A DNA stretch of 64,000 nt from Nemertoderma westbladi (Eukaryota; Animalia; Xenacoelomorpha), in assembly GCA_032718475.1 (NCBI GenBank), contig JAUCBJ010005809.1, forward strand, positions 35,228-99,227, in the 5' to 3' direction. A program made the position numbers and the translations under genes. Below are positions 52,471-64,000 of this stretch, in pieces. Under the pieces are notes generated by a model. It saw nothing but the letters and a program-made list of their open reading frames with translations, made no database searches and was not told where the DNA came from. The number at the start of each line of letters is the position of its first letter. The first letter of the stretch is position 1.

Positions 52471-52739
52471 TAATAATTATTTGGTTATGAAATTAAACAC
52501 CACGGAGAACTCAAAGAGCGCACCAGACTAAAATCACAAATATAGGCCAACCTAATAATAATCAATGTAAACGATTTAAAAATATCAAAGGATATAAATT
52601 AACATGAAAGAAAAAATTAAAGAATATCAATTAATAAGGACAATTAAATACGCAAATTAACAATGTAATTGATAAAAATATATATATATATATATTTAAG
52701 CGGTAAAAATGTATTTTGTTTTATATTTATTTATGATAT

Positions 52740-53370
52740 TGACATGCTGGGATCATGTCATTGAGAGAGTTTGACTGTCCAGTCAAACTGCACTGTCCTG
52801 CACTCTACACTGCCCAGTTTGACTGGGCAGTGTATCCCTGACAGCCAGGTTCGTCCGGGATTATCGACAAAAACCTGTCTAGTCGCGATTTGTATATTTC
52901 GAAGGAACATCTGGATTTATCTCGGATGCTACTCGTAAGAGCATTAAACAGTTTCGGTCCAAACACCGTGAAGCTCATTTTTACTAACGATTTTACTTTA
53001 GCGCTGCTGTTTTTTGGGAAAGGTGGAATCTTACAGGCCCTTCCTCTCCGCATACTGTACTATACACAGCTGTTATTGGTGATGCGCAAGTATTAGGCAC
53101 TTTTTGTTCTAACATCTTCCATATATATATTATATTATAATATATCGTTCTCTACGTCTTTGGAGAGTATATGTTAAGCTTTTTCAATCGGTTGCAGTAA
53201 TTTTCATTACGTAGTTCTTGGATTTTCAGAGTGAATGCTCTCTGAATGTCCTCTAATTTCTGGATGTCTGATTTCCGGTTGTCGGATATAAATAATACTT
53301 CAAGACGTGACCTTATTAAGCTTTGGAACAATATACTGTACTTTACCAATATACATATACTGTACTTTAC
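52740..53370 (-). mobile_element. CR1-clade LINE 3' fragment
   Basis: LFQSLIRSRLE, IQKLEDIQRAFT, YCNRLKKLNIYS, RRGRACKIP, GPKLFNAL, LDRFLSIIPDEP. Confidence 0.85.
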
Positions 53371-53394
53371 CAGTACCAAGGTTTGTAGACGACT

Positions 53395-53550
53395 GTGGGT
53401 TGTAATATAAACACTTAGTTTCCTTCATAAACATTGAATTAGACTTCGCAAAAAGTACTGCTCTCTGTTAATTACTTAGATCGTCTACATATATAATGAA
53501 TAAGGTAGGTGATAATAACCCACCCTGTCTAGTTCCGTTCGTAACTGTTA
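53395..53550 (-). mobile_element. LINE RT core fragment, probably the upstream part of the 52000-52470 element
   Basis: Minus strand reads approximately TVTNGTRQGG..LSPTLFIIYVDDLS (RT motif). Confidence 0.6.
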
Positions 53551-54096
53551 CGTTATTATTTAATTATATTTTAATTAAAATATAATATATAATAAATAGG
53601 CGTAATTTTAAAAGCTCAACCATGGCCGTGGCTCAACTAAATAATAATTAATATTATAGAATAAAGACAAAAAATACATTAGAATTATAGCGATTTACGT
53701 CTCAAAAGTTACACATTAGTATTTTGATATTATCTTTGGTAATTTTTGGTTAAATTTAAAACGGTTTCAGATTCGTAATCTACAGATTAAGGCGGTTGTA
53801 ATGAGGATTTACAGTATATCTGGATTATATTCAAACGACGAAAACTAAAGCCAACTGAGATGGTTAAATATTGCTAAAAGGCGTTATTAACGGCTTGTTG
53901 TATCTCAAAGGCTCAATGATTGAAAAATAAAAATCCGGGTCTGCTAGCAGTGAGAAAAGTTGTCTAACTATCATCATACCAAATTTCGTAGCAGATGATT
54001 GAAATTTGAAAAAAATTGGGGGGGGGGGGGGGGGGGCTCCGAATTGCAAAAAATATAGTTTGTTGTAGGAGATGTGTATTTGATTTACGTCTATAT

Positions 54097-54130
<34 letters not shown>

Positions 54131-56303
54131 TCTCATAAATTTAGAAAGGCTCATACACAACTGAAAGAAAGAGTGCGTTGCACTGCACACTGCACAGTCT
54201 GCAGTACTTACCATAGGAAGAGTACAGTTTTCTAAAATAGTGATCAATTGTACTTGTACAATATCCTATTCCAACTCCACCCATAATTAAATACATACAA
54301 CCCAATGCGAAATAAAACTGCTCACCTCACATTTAGTATGTTTATTACTAACGGCTATTAATATTCCATTTAAATTAAATATCAAAGAATGTTAACAAAC
54401 TCATACGGTGACAGTGAGTGAGTGGCTTCGCTAATAGTTGTCCTGACAACTACTGTACATTCTGTTGTGTTTTATTTGTTGGATACATAATAAAATTCCC
54501 CAGTGGCACACCTCGAAAGAGTTCCAAGTTGTTAGTACGTGAACTGTACATATTCTTTACCAATATAATTAATAATTATATATATATAACCAATATTATT
54601 ATTAATATATTGTAGCAGCAAACAATCTAGGCCCTACTACAACATCTTGTACACAGTTAATTTCACATAGGCCTAATCTACAGTGCTGTATACTACTGTA
54701 CTGTACAGTAAATACATATTATATAAACTGTTACTAAAACGTCCTGTCACAGTGAATTAATTACTCAGATATTCAGCACTCATGTACAGTAGGGTCATCC
54801 GAGTGCTTTGAGAGGGCATTTATAAAACGAGGATCCCAGCAAAATCTGCCGATCCTGTTTCGGATTCCATAGAAGCAATGACGGATCCCTGTAGGATCCG
54901 CGGATCCCTGTAGGATCCGCGGATCCTATAAGTCTATGGTATCCGCCGAATACAAATTTGTAAACCGCGGATCCCATAGAAAACCATTAAGGCCGCGGAT
55001 CACATTCCCATAGACACCATTGTGTCACTTTTACATGTTTGTTATGGTGTCCGCTGTTTACAAATTTGTAAAAAGCGGATCCCGTTCATTCAATGGAATA
55101 TCCTGATTGTTGAACAGTAGTCTCGGTTCCATGTGTCAGTACAGGGGGGGTGGGAGGTAAGACGTTCATTGCCCTTTCTGAAGGAGACGAAGTGAAAGTT
55201 AAACCAGCGGAGCAGTAATATGGAGAAGGTGGTACAGTAGGCCTACAACCTATAGGATACACAACACATCCCGATGGATTCTCGGCGGATACGGGGAGAC
55301 ACGCATGTTAATCTAATCACTCGAGGCGGCGAAGGATGGGGTGCTGTCATAGGTTGTCATTTCGGGAGGAGTACATGCAATTTTTATAATATTGTAAAAT
55401 AGCGTGAAAATTATCTTTATTTATACATTTATTTTTATTTTTATTATTATATTATTTATTAGGCCTATATTGATGATAAAATTTAAATTATTAAATTTAA
55501 ATCTAAATTTACTTCCTCTAATAATCAATTATAAATTGAATAAGGTCACACTGATAAATTTTTCGTATTATTCAGAATTTTTATTACGGCTTTCAATATT
55601 TATTTATAAACGTGTAAAAAAGTTATCTATTTCGATATTGTACCAGTCTAACTGTACAGTAGTTACCCTATGGCAAGGCGACCTAAATACAAGGCCATGC
55701 AGCCCAATAAAGGCAGAAATTTGCTTAGGCTGAAATTTCTACTTACAGTCTGAATGCAGTACTGGTTCATTCGAGTATGGTACCGGTACTACAGTACTAG
55801 ACTGCAGGAATGTACAGCAACAACCAACAACTCCGCACTGCCTGACTTCAGCAAGTGTATTCTGCTGTTTCATGTTTATATATCATGTATTACATAGGCC
55901 TTATCAGTCAGTTAGTACTTAGTAGTAGGCCTAGTGCAGGTACTGTACAGCTGTAGGCAGTTTAGTGCTGCTGCTGGCTTAGCGTTTGTCAGTTTGTGGG
56001 GTATTTCGGTACCAAGAATTTGGTTTATCCTTTTGGTTAGGCAGTTAGGGTTAGTAGGTCAGTGCTCTTAATCTATCTGAAATTACCTACTGACCTAAAC
56101 CTACCTCTGTACCTGTTTACAAATTAGGCTACCTGGTGCCTGGTTGCCGGCACTCCAGCATTACAATACAATGCAGCACACAGTACCGGTAGGGCGTCTA
56201 GGCAGCTAGGGGTATTTTTTTTATTAGGCTGTTAGGTGTCATTATTTAATAATTAACTAGGCCTGAGTCCTAATTGGTAGGCCCACAGGCCTATCAGCCT
56301 ATG

Positions 56304-56478
56304 CAGTCGAGGAAAAGTTTCAATTTTAACTGAGTTGGAATTTAAAACTTTTTTAAATTCAACTTTTAAGTTATAGAGTCAACTCTAAAATGGCAGGAGG
56401 CCTAGAGCTAGACAGCTGACAGCTGGACAGAAAATGTTGAAATTTCAACTCAGTTGAAATAGAACTTCCCCACGACTG
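56304..56478. mobile_element. 175-bp MITE-like inverted repeat (Tc1/mariner-type CAGT ends) inside the P element 5' region
   Basis: CAGTCGAGGAAAAGTTTCAATTTTAACTGAGTTGGAATTT versus right-arm reverse complement CAGTCGTGGGGAAGTTCTATTTCAACTGAGTTGAAATTT; TA follows the right end. Confidence 0.7.
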
Positions 56479-56515
56479 TACTGCTGTATATATGGTCTAG
56501 TTAATATCGATCGAT

Positions 56516-58996
56516 ATGGGTCGGAAATGTTCTGTTGGGAAATGTAGAACCGGCTACGATGCAACTAAAAAGGATACCAGTACCGGTAGCGATGTTGCTG
56601 ATAATGTTCCTGGTTCTTCAAAAATAATGACGCCCACGCCCGTTTATGGATTCCCAAAGGATCAAGGTGAACTGAAACGGTGGTTGGCTGCACTTCCCAA
56701 TATTATAGCCGAGGAATCAGTGACGCCACATATGGGTGTTTGTAGGCTACATTGGCCTGAGGACGCTGTAATGCGACCCGTTAAAGGCGGACGAGGCGGT
56801 GGAGTGCCAATCGATCCTCCTTCACTGTTTAATGTTCCAGCATCATACATCCCGACTCCACCTCCGAAGCCCAGAAAAACTGTGAAATCGACTTCAGATA
56901 ACCGAAATGTTTACCCTGACCAAATGGATGAGTTTCTTATTCACGATAAGATCCTGACAGGTTCATCCGGCGAACTGAATGCTGAGATAATCCGCAGATA
57001 TGGGACAAAATGCGATATCTTGGTTCAGGCGTCTGGAAAGATTATCCTAATGCATCCAACAAGGACAGGACCAACCCCAAAGTGGACACTATCATTTTTG
57101 CTGGAGAATAATTTAATTTATTTTGAAGCCTTCCTTAATCTAAAACAGATTAAATTCCCTTTTTTGCGTTACCCTCATCGAATTCAGTTCTGGTCTGAAT
57201 TTGAGGAAATCTTTAACTCACTCAACAGCAGAGAATTGGACGTCAGTGCGGATAAGAAATGGTTATATCTATTGCGTCAGATTCAGCTGTTAAATACCCC
57301 AAGAAATGGAAAAATATATTCACCGGACGATCTAGCTCAAGCATTTACATGGTATTGCATGTCAACTAATCTCTACAGTGAGATGCGTGATTGTTTAGTA
57401 CTTCCAAGTCTGCGGCTTCTGAGAAATCTGACTTCTTCTGTAGCCAAGCAAAGCGCCAATGAGTTTATCACTGCGATATTCAACCATATTGAAGAGCGAC
57501 AACGTCTCTGTGTACTTATTGTGGATGAGATATATATTAAGCCATCAATACAATACCATGGAGGTACAATCTTTGGAATGGCTCAGAATGATGGGAGTCT
57601 GTTGGCCAAAACTGTGCTTGCTATTATGGTGAAGTGCCTGTTTGGGGGTCCATCGTTTATCGTAAGAATGATACCATGTAGTGGATTGGACTCTGAATTT
57701 CAGTTTGATAATGTTAAGTTTGTTATGAGAAGTATTGCGGAATCATCAGGGTTTACAGTTGCTATAATCTCGGACAATAATGCAGTTAATAGGAAATTCT
57801 TTGCTAAGTTTATCAAGCCTGATATTAGTAAGCCATGGTTTGCCAAGTCTCCTGTATCAGAAAATCCGGTATTTCTATTATTTGATTTTGTCCATCTATT
57901 GAAGTCAATTCGAAATAACTGGTTTACTGAAAGAAGGAAGTGCTTAAAGTTTTATGACGTTCGAGATGAACCACATGGAGAGATATCTTTACAGGCGAAT
58001 TGGGGAGATTTGATTGCTCTATATACCTTGGATTCACAGGCTTTGGTAAAAGCATCGGAACTAACTCTGTCTTCCATTCAACCATCGAAAATACAACGGC
58101 AGAATGTCAAGCTTGCTGCCAAAGTTTTCTCAGACAAGACATTAGCTGCCCTTAAAACATTTCCTATTGACAATAATCAGTACGCCTCTGTTGGAACTGT
58201 TGTCTTTATTGAATTGATACTTGAGTGGTGGAAAATAGTTAATATCAAAGCCCCATCAGCTGGTCCCAGATATAATGATGGAGCTCGATATGTATTCAGT
58301 TCCAAAGCCGACCCACGATTGGACTTTCTGTCTGATATGGCGGATATGTTTGCTTCTATGAAGCCTACCTCTAATAAATCACGTGTTGAAACCTTCACAG
58401 TGGAAACAGCTACCTCTCTACATTGGTCAACCAAATGCCTGTGCGATTTAATTCGGCATCTTTTAGACCTACCATCTCCTTATAGCCACAAGTTTGTCCT
58501 AACTGGCTTGTTTCAGAGTGATTTCCTTGAGGAGTTTTTTGGTAAAATTCGCCAAGCCTTTGGTGGATGTTATTACGTCAGCGTTCAGCAAGTCTTCGAA
58601 TTTTCAGCCATAAACTCAGCCAAAGTGCTGGCCACCTTGCATGCTCTTCCTGACATTTCTGGGCCATCGTCTGAACACAACTGCACCAATTGTTTCTTAC
58701 CACTTACTAAAGATGAACTTGATATTGTTGATATTATTCCCATACTCGTAGATGATCTGAGCGAATCCGAGAAGGCAGTACTGTTATATATCGCTGGGTA
58801 TTGCTCATTTAAATCAAAGATAATCTCGGTGGATAAGCCAACAAGCCTCAGTACTACAGTTGTTGGATACTTTGAGTCTATAAATCGAGGGAGGCTTTCA
58901 TTGCCTGACAACAGTTTATATATCTTTGTGTTGTGTTGTTATTCCTTCTTCATGAACGTTCCTAGTAGGGAGTTACTTTGTAGGAAGATTTTGTAG
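56516..58996 (+). CDS. P-element/THAP9-like transposase with N-terminal THAP domain, 826 aa, intronless
   Basis: THAP C2CH (CSVGKC...FP...W...CRLHW...PPSLF). RNase H-like catalytic motifs IVDEIYIK, IISDNNAVN, FDFVHLLKSIRNNW, QSDFLEEFFGKIRQ; also RQNVKLA, YIAGY and NRGRL. Confidence 0.95.
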   Translation: MGRKCSVGKCRTGYDATKKDTSTGSDVADNVPGSSKIMTPTPVYGFPKDQGELKRWLAALPNIIAEESVTPHMGVCRLHWPEDAVMRPVKGGRGGGVPIDPPSLFNVPASYIPTPPPKPRKTVKSTSDNRNVYPDQMDEFLIHDKILTGSSGELNAEIIRRYGTKCDILVQASGKIILMHPTRTGPTPKWTLSFLLENNLIYFEAFLNLKQIKFPFLRYPHRIQFWSEFEEIFNSLNSRELDVSADKKWLYLLRQIQLLNTPRNGKIYSPDDLAQAFTWYCMSTNLYSEMRDCLVLPSLRLLRNLTSSVAKQSANEFITAIFNHIEERQRLCVLIVDEIYIKPSIQYHGGTIFGMAQNDGSLLAKTVLAIMVKCLFGGPSFIVRMIPCSGLDSEFQFDNVKFVMRSIAESSGFTVAIISDNNAVNRKFFAKFIKPDISKPWFAKSPVSENPVFLLFDFVHLLKSIRNNWFTERRKCLKFYDVRDEPHGEISLQANWGDLIALYTLDSQALVKASELTLSSIQPSKIQRQNVKLAAKVFSDKTLAALKTFPIDNNQYASVGTVVFIELILEWWKIVNIKAPSAGPRYNDGARYVFSSKADPRLDFLSDMADMFASMKPTSNKSRVETFTVETATSLHWSTKCLCDLIRHLLDLPSPYSHKFVLTGLFQSDFLEEFFGKIRQAFGGCYYVSVQQVFEFSAINSAKVLATLHALPDISGPSSEHNCTNCFLPLTKDELDIVDIIPILVDDLSESEKAVLLYIAGYCSFKSKIISVDKPTSLSTTVVGYFESINRGRLSLPDNSLYIFVLCCYSFFMNVPSRELLCRKIL

Positions 58997-60278
58997 ATAA
59001 TTATTTTTTTAATTTTTTCATCAGTTTTTGTATATTTGGAACTAATTTGTGCAGGAAAAACATTGCAAAAAAAATTTCAAACATAAAAACGATAATTCAT
59101 GCAGTAGAGGGTTAAAACCCAGTGGTTCTAATGTTTTAGAAGTCCTAGAAGTTTTCAGCCTAAGCAAATTTCTGCCTTTATTGGGCTGCATGGCCTTGTA
59201 TAGAGGTCGCCTTGCCCTATGGGGACTCGCTGGGTACCGGTACGGTGGAAGGCAGACTTAGAAGGATTCAAAATCTGTACACAGTAACATCTGAATTTAG
59301 ATAAAAAGTCGCTGGGATAGGAGCGCTCGGCAATCTCATTAAGATTTAATGCCTATAGTATTTAGTAAGACTAATTAATTAAGATATTAAGATATTCCAG
59401 GACATGATGTACTGATATACATGAATGATACCTTATATTATTGTACTTTACTGTTTGGTGTAGGCCTAGTTTATACCCACTCGTCGTGATTTATTGTATT
59501 CCAACTGATATTTTTAAGCGTAAAAATCGTGATATCTTGGTTTACGTTTTATTTCTTTATTGTCATCGAAACAAAATATGTGGAATATCGAAAAAAAACG
59601 AATGACAATAAACTATCTATTTATTTACTTGAATTGTTGTAATCTGTCTAGAAAGGTTAACTACAGTAAAATAGGAAAGAATTCATTCATTCACATCACT
59701 GGGTGGTAGGTAACCCTTGGCAGCAATTGCAAACAATCAGTAATTGCAATGTATGTACAGTTGATGACGAACGTTTTACAAATTTGTAAACAGCGGACAC
59801 CATAAGAAACATATACTGTACTGTAAAGATGACACAATGGCGTCTATGGGATCTGCGGCCTTAATTGTTTTCAATGAGATCCGCGTTACTACATAATTTG
59901 TAAACAGCGGACACTCTCCGCTATTTCTAGGATCCGCGGATCCTACTGGGATCCATCATTGCTTCTATGGGATTCGCAAAGTGTTGTGGATTTCACGGCA
60001 CATTTTGAAAGTCAGTCAGTTAAGATGTCGCTTAGCAACAGGGAATCAGACTTGAACAGCTTTACATATAATTCCGTTATTATAATTTTTTTTTAATTAT
60101 GTGAATTATGTATTATTAGCATTAGCATTATGTTGATATCCTCGTACTGTAACACAGCTAATTAATCAATAAATTATAAGTCTTGTATAATTTATATAAC
60201 CGTTATTTCTTCCCACCAGACAGGCACCAAAAATGATACAGTAGTTGCGTTACCACGAATAACATTTAACGATTTGTA

Positions 60279-60572
60279 TCGTGATCAGCGGCCTCTAAAA
60301 CCCGTATACCTTCAGAATTATCAAAACAAACACAAAACGTTGTAGTTTGACATTTTTTACAAGTACTTTTCGACCGGGGTGACGAACCAAAAATGATGGT
60401 TGCATTGCCAACCAATATTTTTAACATGTTTAATCGTGATCAGCAACCTCGAAAACCCTTATACCATCAAAATTTTAATTTTTGAGCCAAGATCTAAAAA
60501 ATACACCCCCCCCCCCCCCGGGCCAATTAAGAACAGTAGTAAAATAGCCCGGGTCAGGCCAGATAGGGTTAA
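60279..60572. mobile_element. piggyBac-type MITE right-end fragment
   Basis: Ends ...GCCAGATAGGG|TTAA with a poly-C subterminal tract; shares sequence with 36040-36125. Confidence 0.55.
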
Positions 60573-60906
60573 ACTTCCCCATCTGCCTTAGTTCGATACA
60601 TATACAGACTCGGGCCATCTCGGGCCATCACGCTGTAGAAAAGTGCCAATTTTCACACCATGATGTAAATACAGTACGGTACCTTTATGTTATAAAAATG
60701 TGAATAATTTGTACATCTTTTTTATTATTATTGTTGACAGTACAGGTCTATGGCTGAGACTGGTTGGTTACCATCAGAACATATAATATAGAACACCTTA
60801 AATATGGTACCCTGACCCCCTGCAGTCCAGTAGGTCCAGTGCCAGATATATTTTTTTCCGGTATCTCCTGTACTGTATTTCATCTATCCCCCCACCAATG
60901 TCTATG

Positions 60907-63349
60907 GTAGTAGTAGTAGTATCGGCATGCTGCATTGCAGCTGCATTTTTAAGAATGCTGTGCCGGCTTGTCGAACAAAATTGCACCGCCACAACTCCCT
61001 ATCACCCATGACATTTGCTAGATCATCCGCATCTTCAAGGCCAGTGTCCTTTAAGATGCGTCTCAAGAAAGTCATGGGCTGTCCACCATGCTTATTCACT
61101 CCATGAGGCTGCCAAAGTACCAGATTATGCACTGGCTGGTCCTCACGGCGAAAGCATTGTCCTGCAAAGCGGAGGCGATTTTGTTCTAGTGTCAAGCTTG
61201 GGGGAATCAATGAGACACCTCCAATGTTATATAGTGTCTGGTTGGAGATGTGTGCATTGTACTTGACACAATGAACCCGGCGTAGCATTCTTGTGAATGT
61301 GCCATCCAGAGATTTGGTGTCCTCAGCAGTTAGAGCCCAGCATGGACTCCCATAGAGGAGTACTGGAACTACTGCTGCTCTAAATAATCGCACCTTAAGT
61401 TTCCGATTAATTCTCGGTGACTTCCAAATCCTGGAAAGCCTATTCAAGGCTGCCCATGCCTTTCCCTTACGTATTCGAAGGTCCTCACCTGACTTCCGGA
61501 TCCATGATCCCAGGTAACAGAAGTCGTCCACATGCTCAAGCATACCATCCTTTGAGCTTATGCTCATCCGATCAGAGACTTGCTGAGGACTTTCAAAGTT
61601 AACTGTCAAAATTTTGGTCTTTCTGGAGTTAATAAAAAGACCAACACTAGAAGCAGCATGTTCTAATGAGCTGAGGAGCCGTTGGGCTCCCTCTAGTGAT
61701 TCTGAGAGTACTCCTAAGTCATCAGCAAAGTCTAGATCAGTTAGGTACTTGGCAGGATTTCCTCGACTTCTGGGCCAGTAGGTGGAGTTATCATCACCCC
61801 ATCATCATTATGATGATCTAAGGACATGCGTAGAACATAGTCAACCACAATTATGAACAAGAATGGTGCAAGTGTGTCTCCCTGGAGGACGCCCCATAAC
61901 ACTTCAAATGGTTCTGTGGCACCATCAACAGTAGACACAAATGTTGTCGAACCATCGTATACTGATCTGATTGCTGCAATAATTTCATCAGGAATCCCAT
62001 ATAATGAAAGTATGCTGAACATACGTGAGCGAGAGACTGAATCAAAGGCCTTGAAGAAGTCAACAAAGATAACAGCCAGATGCCTGTCTTTCTTTTTTGA
62101 TAACTCTTCAATTATCCTTCTAAGTGCCAAAATGGGCTCCATGGTCCCACGACCTTTACGGAACCCATTCTGATTTCCACGGAGCAGTCTCTCAATGGGA
62201 TCCCTGATGCGATTTAATATAATTCTATTGTATAGCTTTGCAGCAATCGAGATCAATGAGATTCCCCGAAAAGAACCATAGAGTGTTAGGTTGCCCTTCT
62301 TGGGAACTGGCACCAACTTATTTGTTTTCATTTCTTGTGGGACTCTTGTTGTTCGGTACATGTCTACTATGATGGGATAGATGAGCTTTAAACACTCAGG
62401 TATTTTAAAGACCTCAGGGGGATCACCATCTACTCCACTGGCACGATTGGTCTTAATGCTCTTTGCAGCAGCCTTCACTTCTGCAAAGGAGATATCGCCA
62501 ATGGGAATATCTGGGAGTACAGACTCAGACACTTTTACTTCTATAAAGTTATCAGGCAATACACTGTCATTATTGAGGAGCTTTTCAAAGTGGGCCTTCC
62601 AACCATTGAGGCGATCGGCTGGTGATTCAGCCTTAACCTTGGTGGTTGGTTGGCTTTTCCGCCCAGTAAGCAAATTGATCGATTTCCATGCCTGGGATGA
62701 TTGCCTGCTGTCGTCGGCATCATTAATGGCATCAACCTGTTGGTTTATTAGCTCCTGTAGATTAACAGAGTACTGCCTGTTCAGGGACCTAGATGCAGCT
62801 TAACTGCATTCTTGGCCGCTGTAGTCTGTTTGAGCCGGGACTCTTTCTGCGCCTTATGATAGGTCATTTCGGCACTTCTGGATTTTGTTGTCAGTCCAGG
62901 GGGCCCTTTTCCTGTTTCGAGGGTATACAGGGACTGTTTCTGCAGCTGCTAACTTAACTGCTTCTGTGAAGGCAGTTAGCCCTCACAGTGATCTGCCGCC
63001 TCAGAGGCAAGAGCCTCATACCTGTTGCTCAGCTGTAGTGTGAAGCTGGATCTCACACTTGGCTGTTGCAACAGAGAGGACCAGTCATGCCGCGGCAAGG
63101 CAGATTTCGTTGTTCTGCTAGCACGCAGACTAAGTCTTACCTTGGCCACAATAAGGCGGTTATCACTGGAGAAGGGTCGAAGTGTAAATGCATTACAGTC
63201 TTGTATAGAGCTCCTGTACTTCCTACGAAACAGAATATGGTCTATCTGGGACTTGTGACCACTGGGTCCACTATGAGTCCATAGCTTTCCAGTTCGCTTC
63301 TTGAACTGGGTTCCAGCCGAAAACAATCCATTTCCAGAGATGTCTCCAA
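60907..63349 (-). mobile_element. RTE-clade LINE (copy 2), 5'-truncated within the AP endonuclease, ORF disrupted
   Basis: APE end (WTH..SQIDHIL, SSDNRLI) and RT motifs (PKKGNL, NQNGFRKGR, FVDFFKAFDSV, GVLQGDTLAP). Stop at 62976, frameshift near 61770, (ACT)n tail, TSD AATGTCTATGG(T) at 60897 and 63350. Confidence 0.95.
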
Positions 63350-64000
63350 AATGTCTATGGTGGGTGATGGATGGTTTTAACTATTCACCGAATATTACTA
63401 TAAACAACAACAAACAACAACAATTGGAACAAACAACATTAGAACATTCACCAGTATAATATTGTGCGTACAGTAGGGCTATGTATTGTATTAGAACATT
63501 CACCAGTATAATATTGTGCGTACAGTAGGGCTATGTATTGTATTTGCGCATAATATAAAATGTAGTAGGATATTATCCTACTACATTTTGTTGCTATACA
63601 ATATGCCTAAAATACAGTGAGTAGGCCTACATATCTGACTGTTCCCGTCAGCCAGTACAGGTAACAGGTAATACAGTACAGCAGTAATACCAGAATCAGA
63701 GAATACACCACTGCTGCACTGATGCTAGTCAGCTACAGTAGTTCTGTAGTTGTAGTACAGTACAGCAGTAGTTGGTAGTACCTGGTTAATGTCCTAGCTC
63801 GTAACTGTTACAGTTACCGGTTGCAGGCTAATTTGGATACTTTTTGTACTGACATATACTGATATAGCTGCATAGGCCTTCTTCTGCTGTTCTGTCTGTC
63901 TGTAATTTACATTTCAGATTTCATATTCAAGATTGGCGATAAACTCGCCTATTTGCTATAGGCCTATCCAGATATCATTGTCAGTATTTACCGGTAGTAC

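Larger units (their letters stand above)
55674..59214 (+). mobile_element. Structurally complete P-superfamily DNA transposon, 3541 bp
   Basis: 62-bp TIRs beginning CAAGGCGACCT (2 mismatches), CA...TG ends, perfect 8-bp TSD CCCTATGG (55666-55673 and 59215-59222), internal transposase ORF. Confidence 0.97.
54860..59975. mobile_element. Older fold-back element with ~200-bp imperfect inverted arms (about 54860-55075 and 59773-59975) into which the P element inserted
   Basis: TTATGGTGTCCGCTGTTTACAAATTTGTAAAA, CCATAGAAGCAATGA and TAGGATCCGCGGATCCTA occur as reverse complements in the two arms. Exact termini not resolved. Confidence 0.7.

Noticed and set aside
54018-54129. Poly-G and poly-C tracts as a special structure
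   Set aside because: Long G/C homopolymers recur throughout the window inside MITE-like repeats, and their lengths are error-prone in assemblies.
58177-58911. Antisense ORFs within the transposase (and similar ones in the RTE, MFS and mGluR regions)
   Set aside because: Shadow ORFs of real coding sequence with no independent motifs.

Overview
AT-rich animal (invertebrate-like) genomic DNA with GT-AG introns and dense repeats; no prokaryotic features. There are two host genes. One is a single-exon MFS transporter of the oxalate:formate antiporter-like type (5699-7042, +). The other is a group II-like metabotropic glutamate receptor with five coding exons (44639-51710, +, 823 codons joined in frame); its TM7/C-terminal exon was not found and probably lies past the window end. 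The rest is mobile DNA and tandem repeats: a structurally complete P-superfamily (THAP) transposon with 62-bp TIRs and a perfect 8-bp TSD, two copies of one RTE LINE, degraded CR1-like and other LINE fragments, tRNA-derived SINEs, nested TTAA-specific MITEs, a probable Helitron, and several satellites (31, 44, 26 and 36 bp). The most unusual item is a ~420-bp insertion at 43194-43616. It combines a tRNA-type Pol III promoter with a minimal type I hammerhead ribozyme inside nested inverted repeats, has an 11-bp flanking direct repeat, and lies just upstream of the receptor's first coding exon on the sense strand. Also notable are a fold-back (snap-back) 5' junction and an inverted microsatellite tail on one RTE copy. 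All coordinates were counted by hand and no database search was run.
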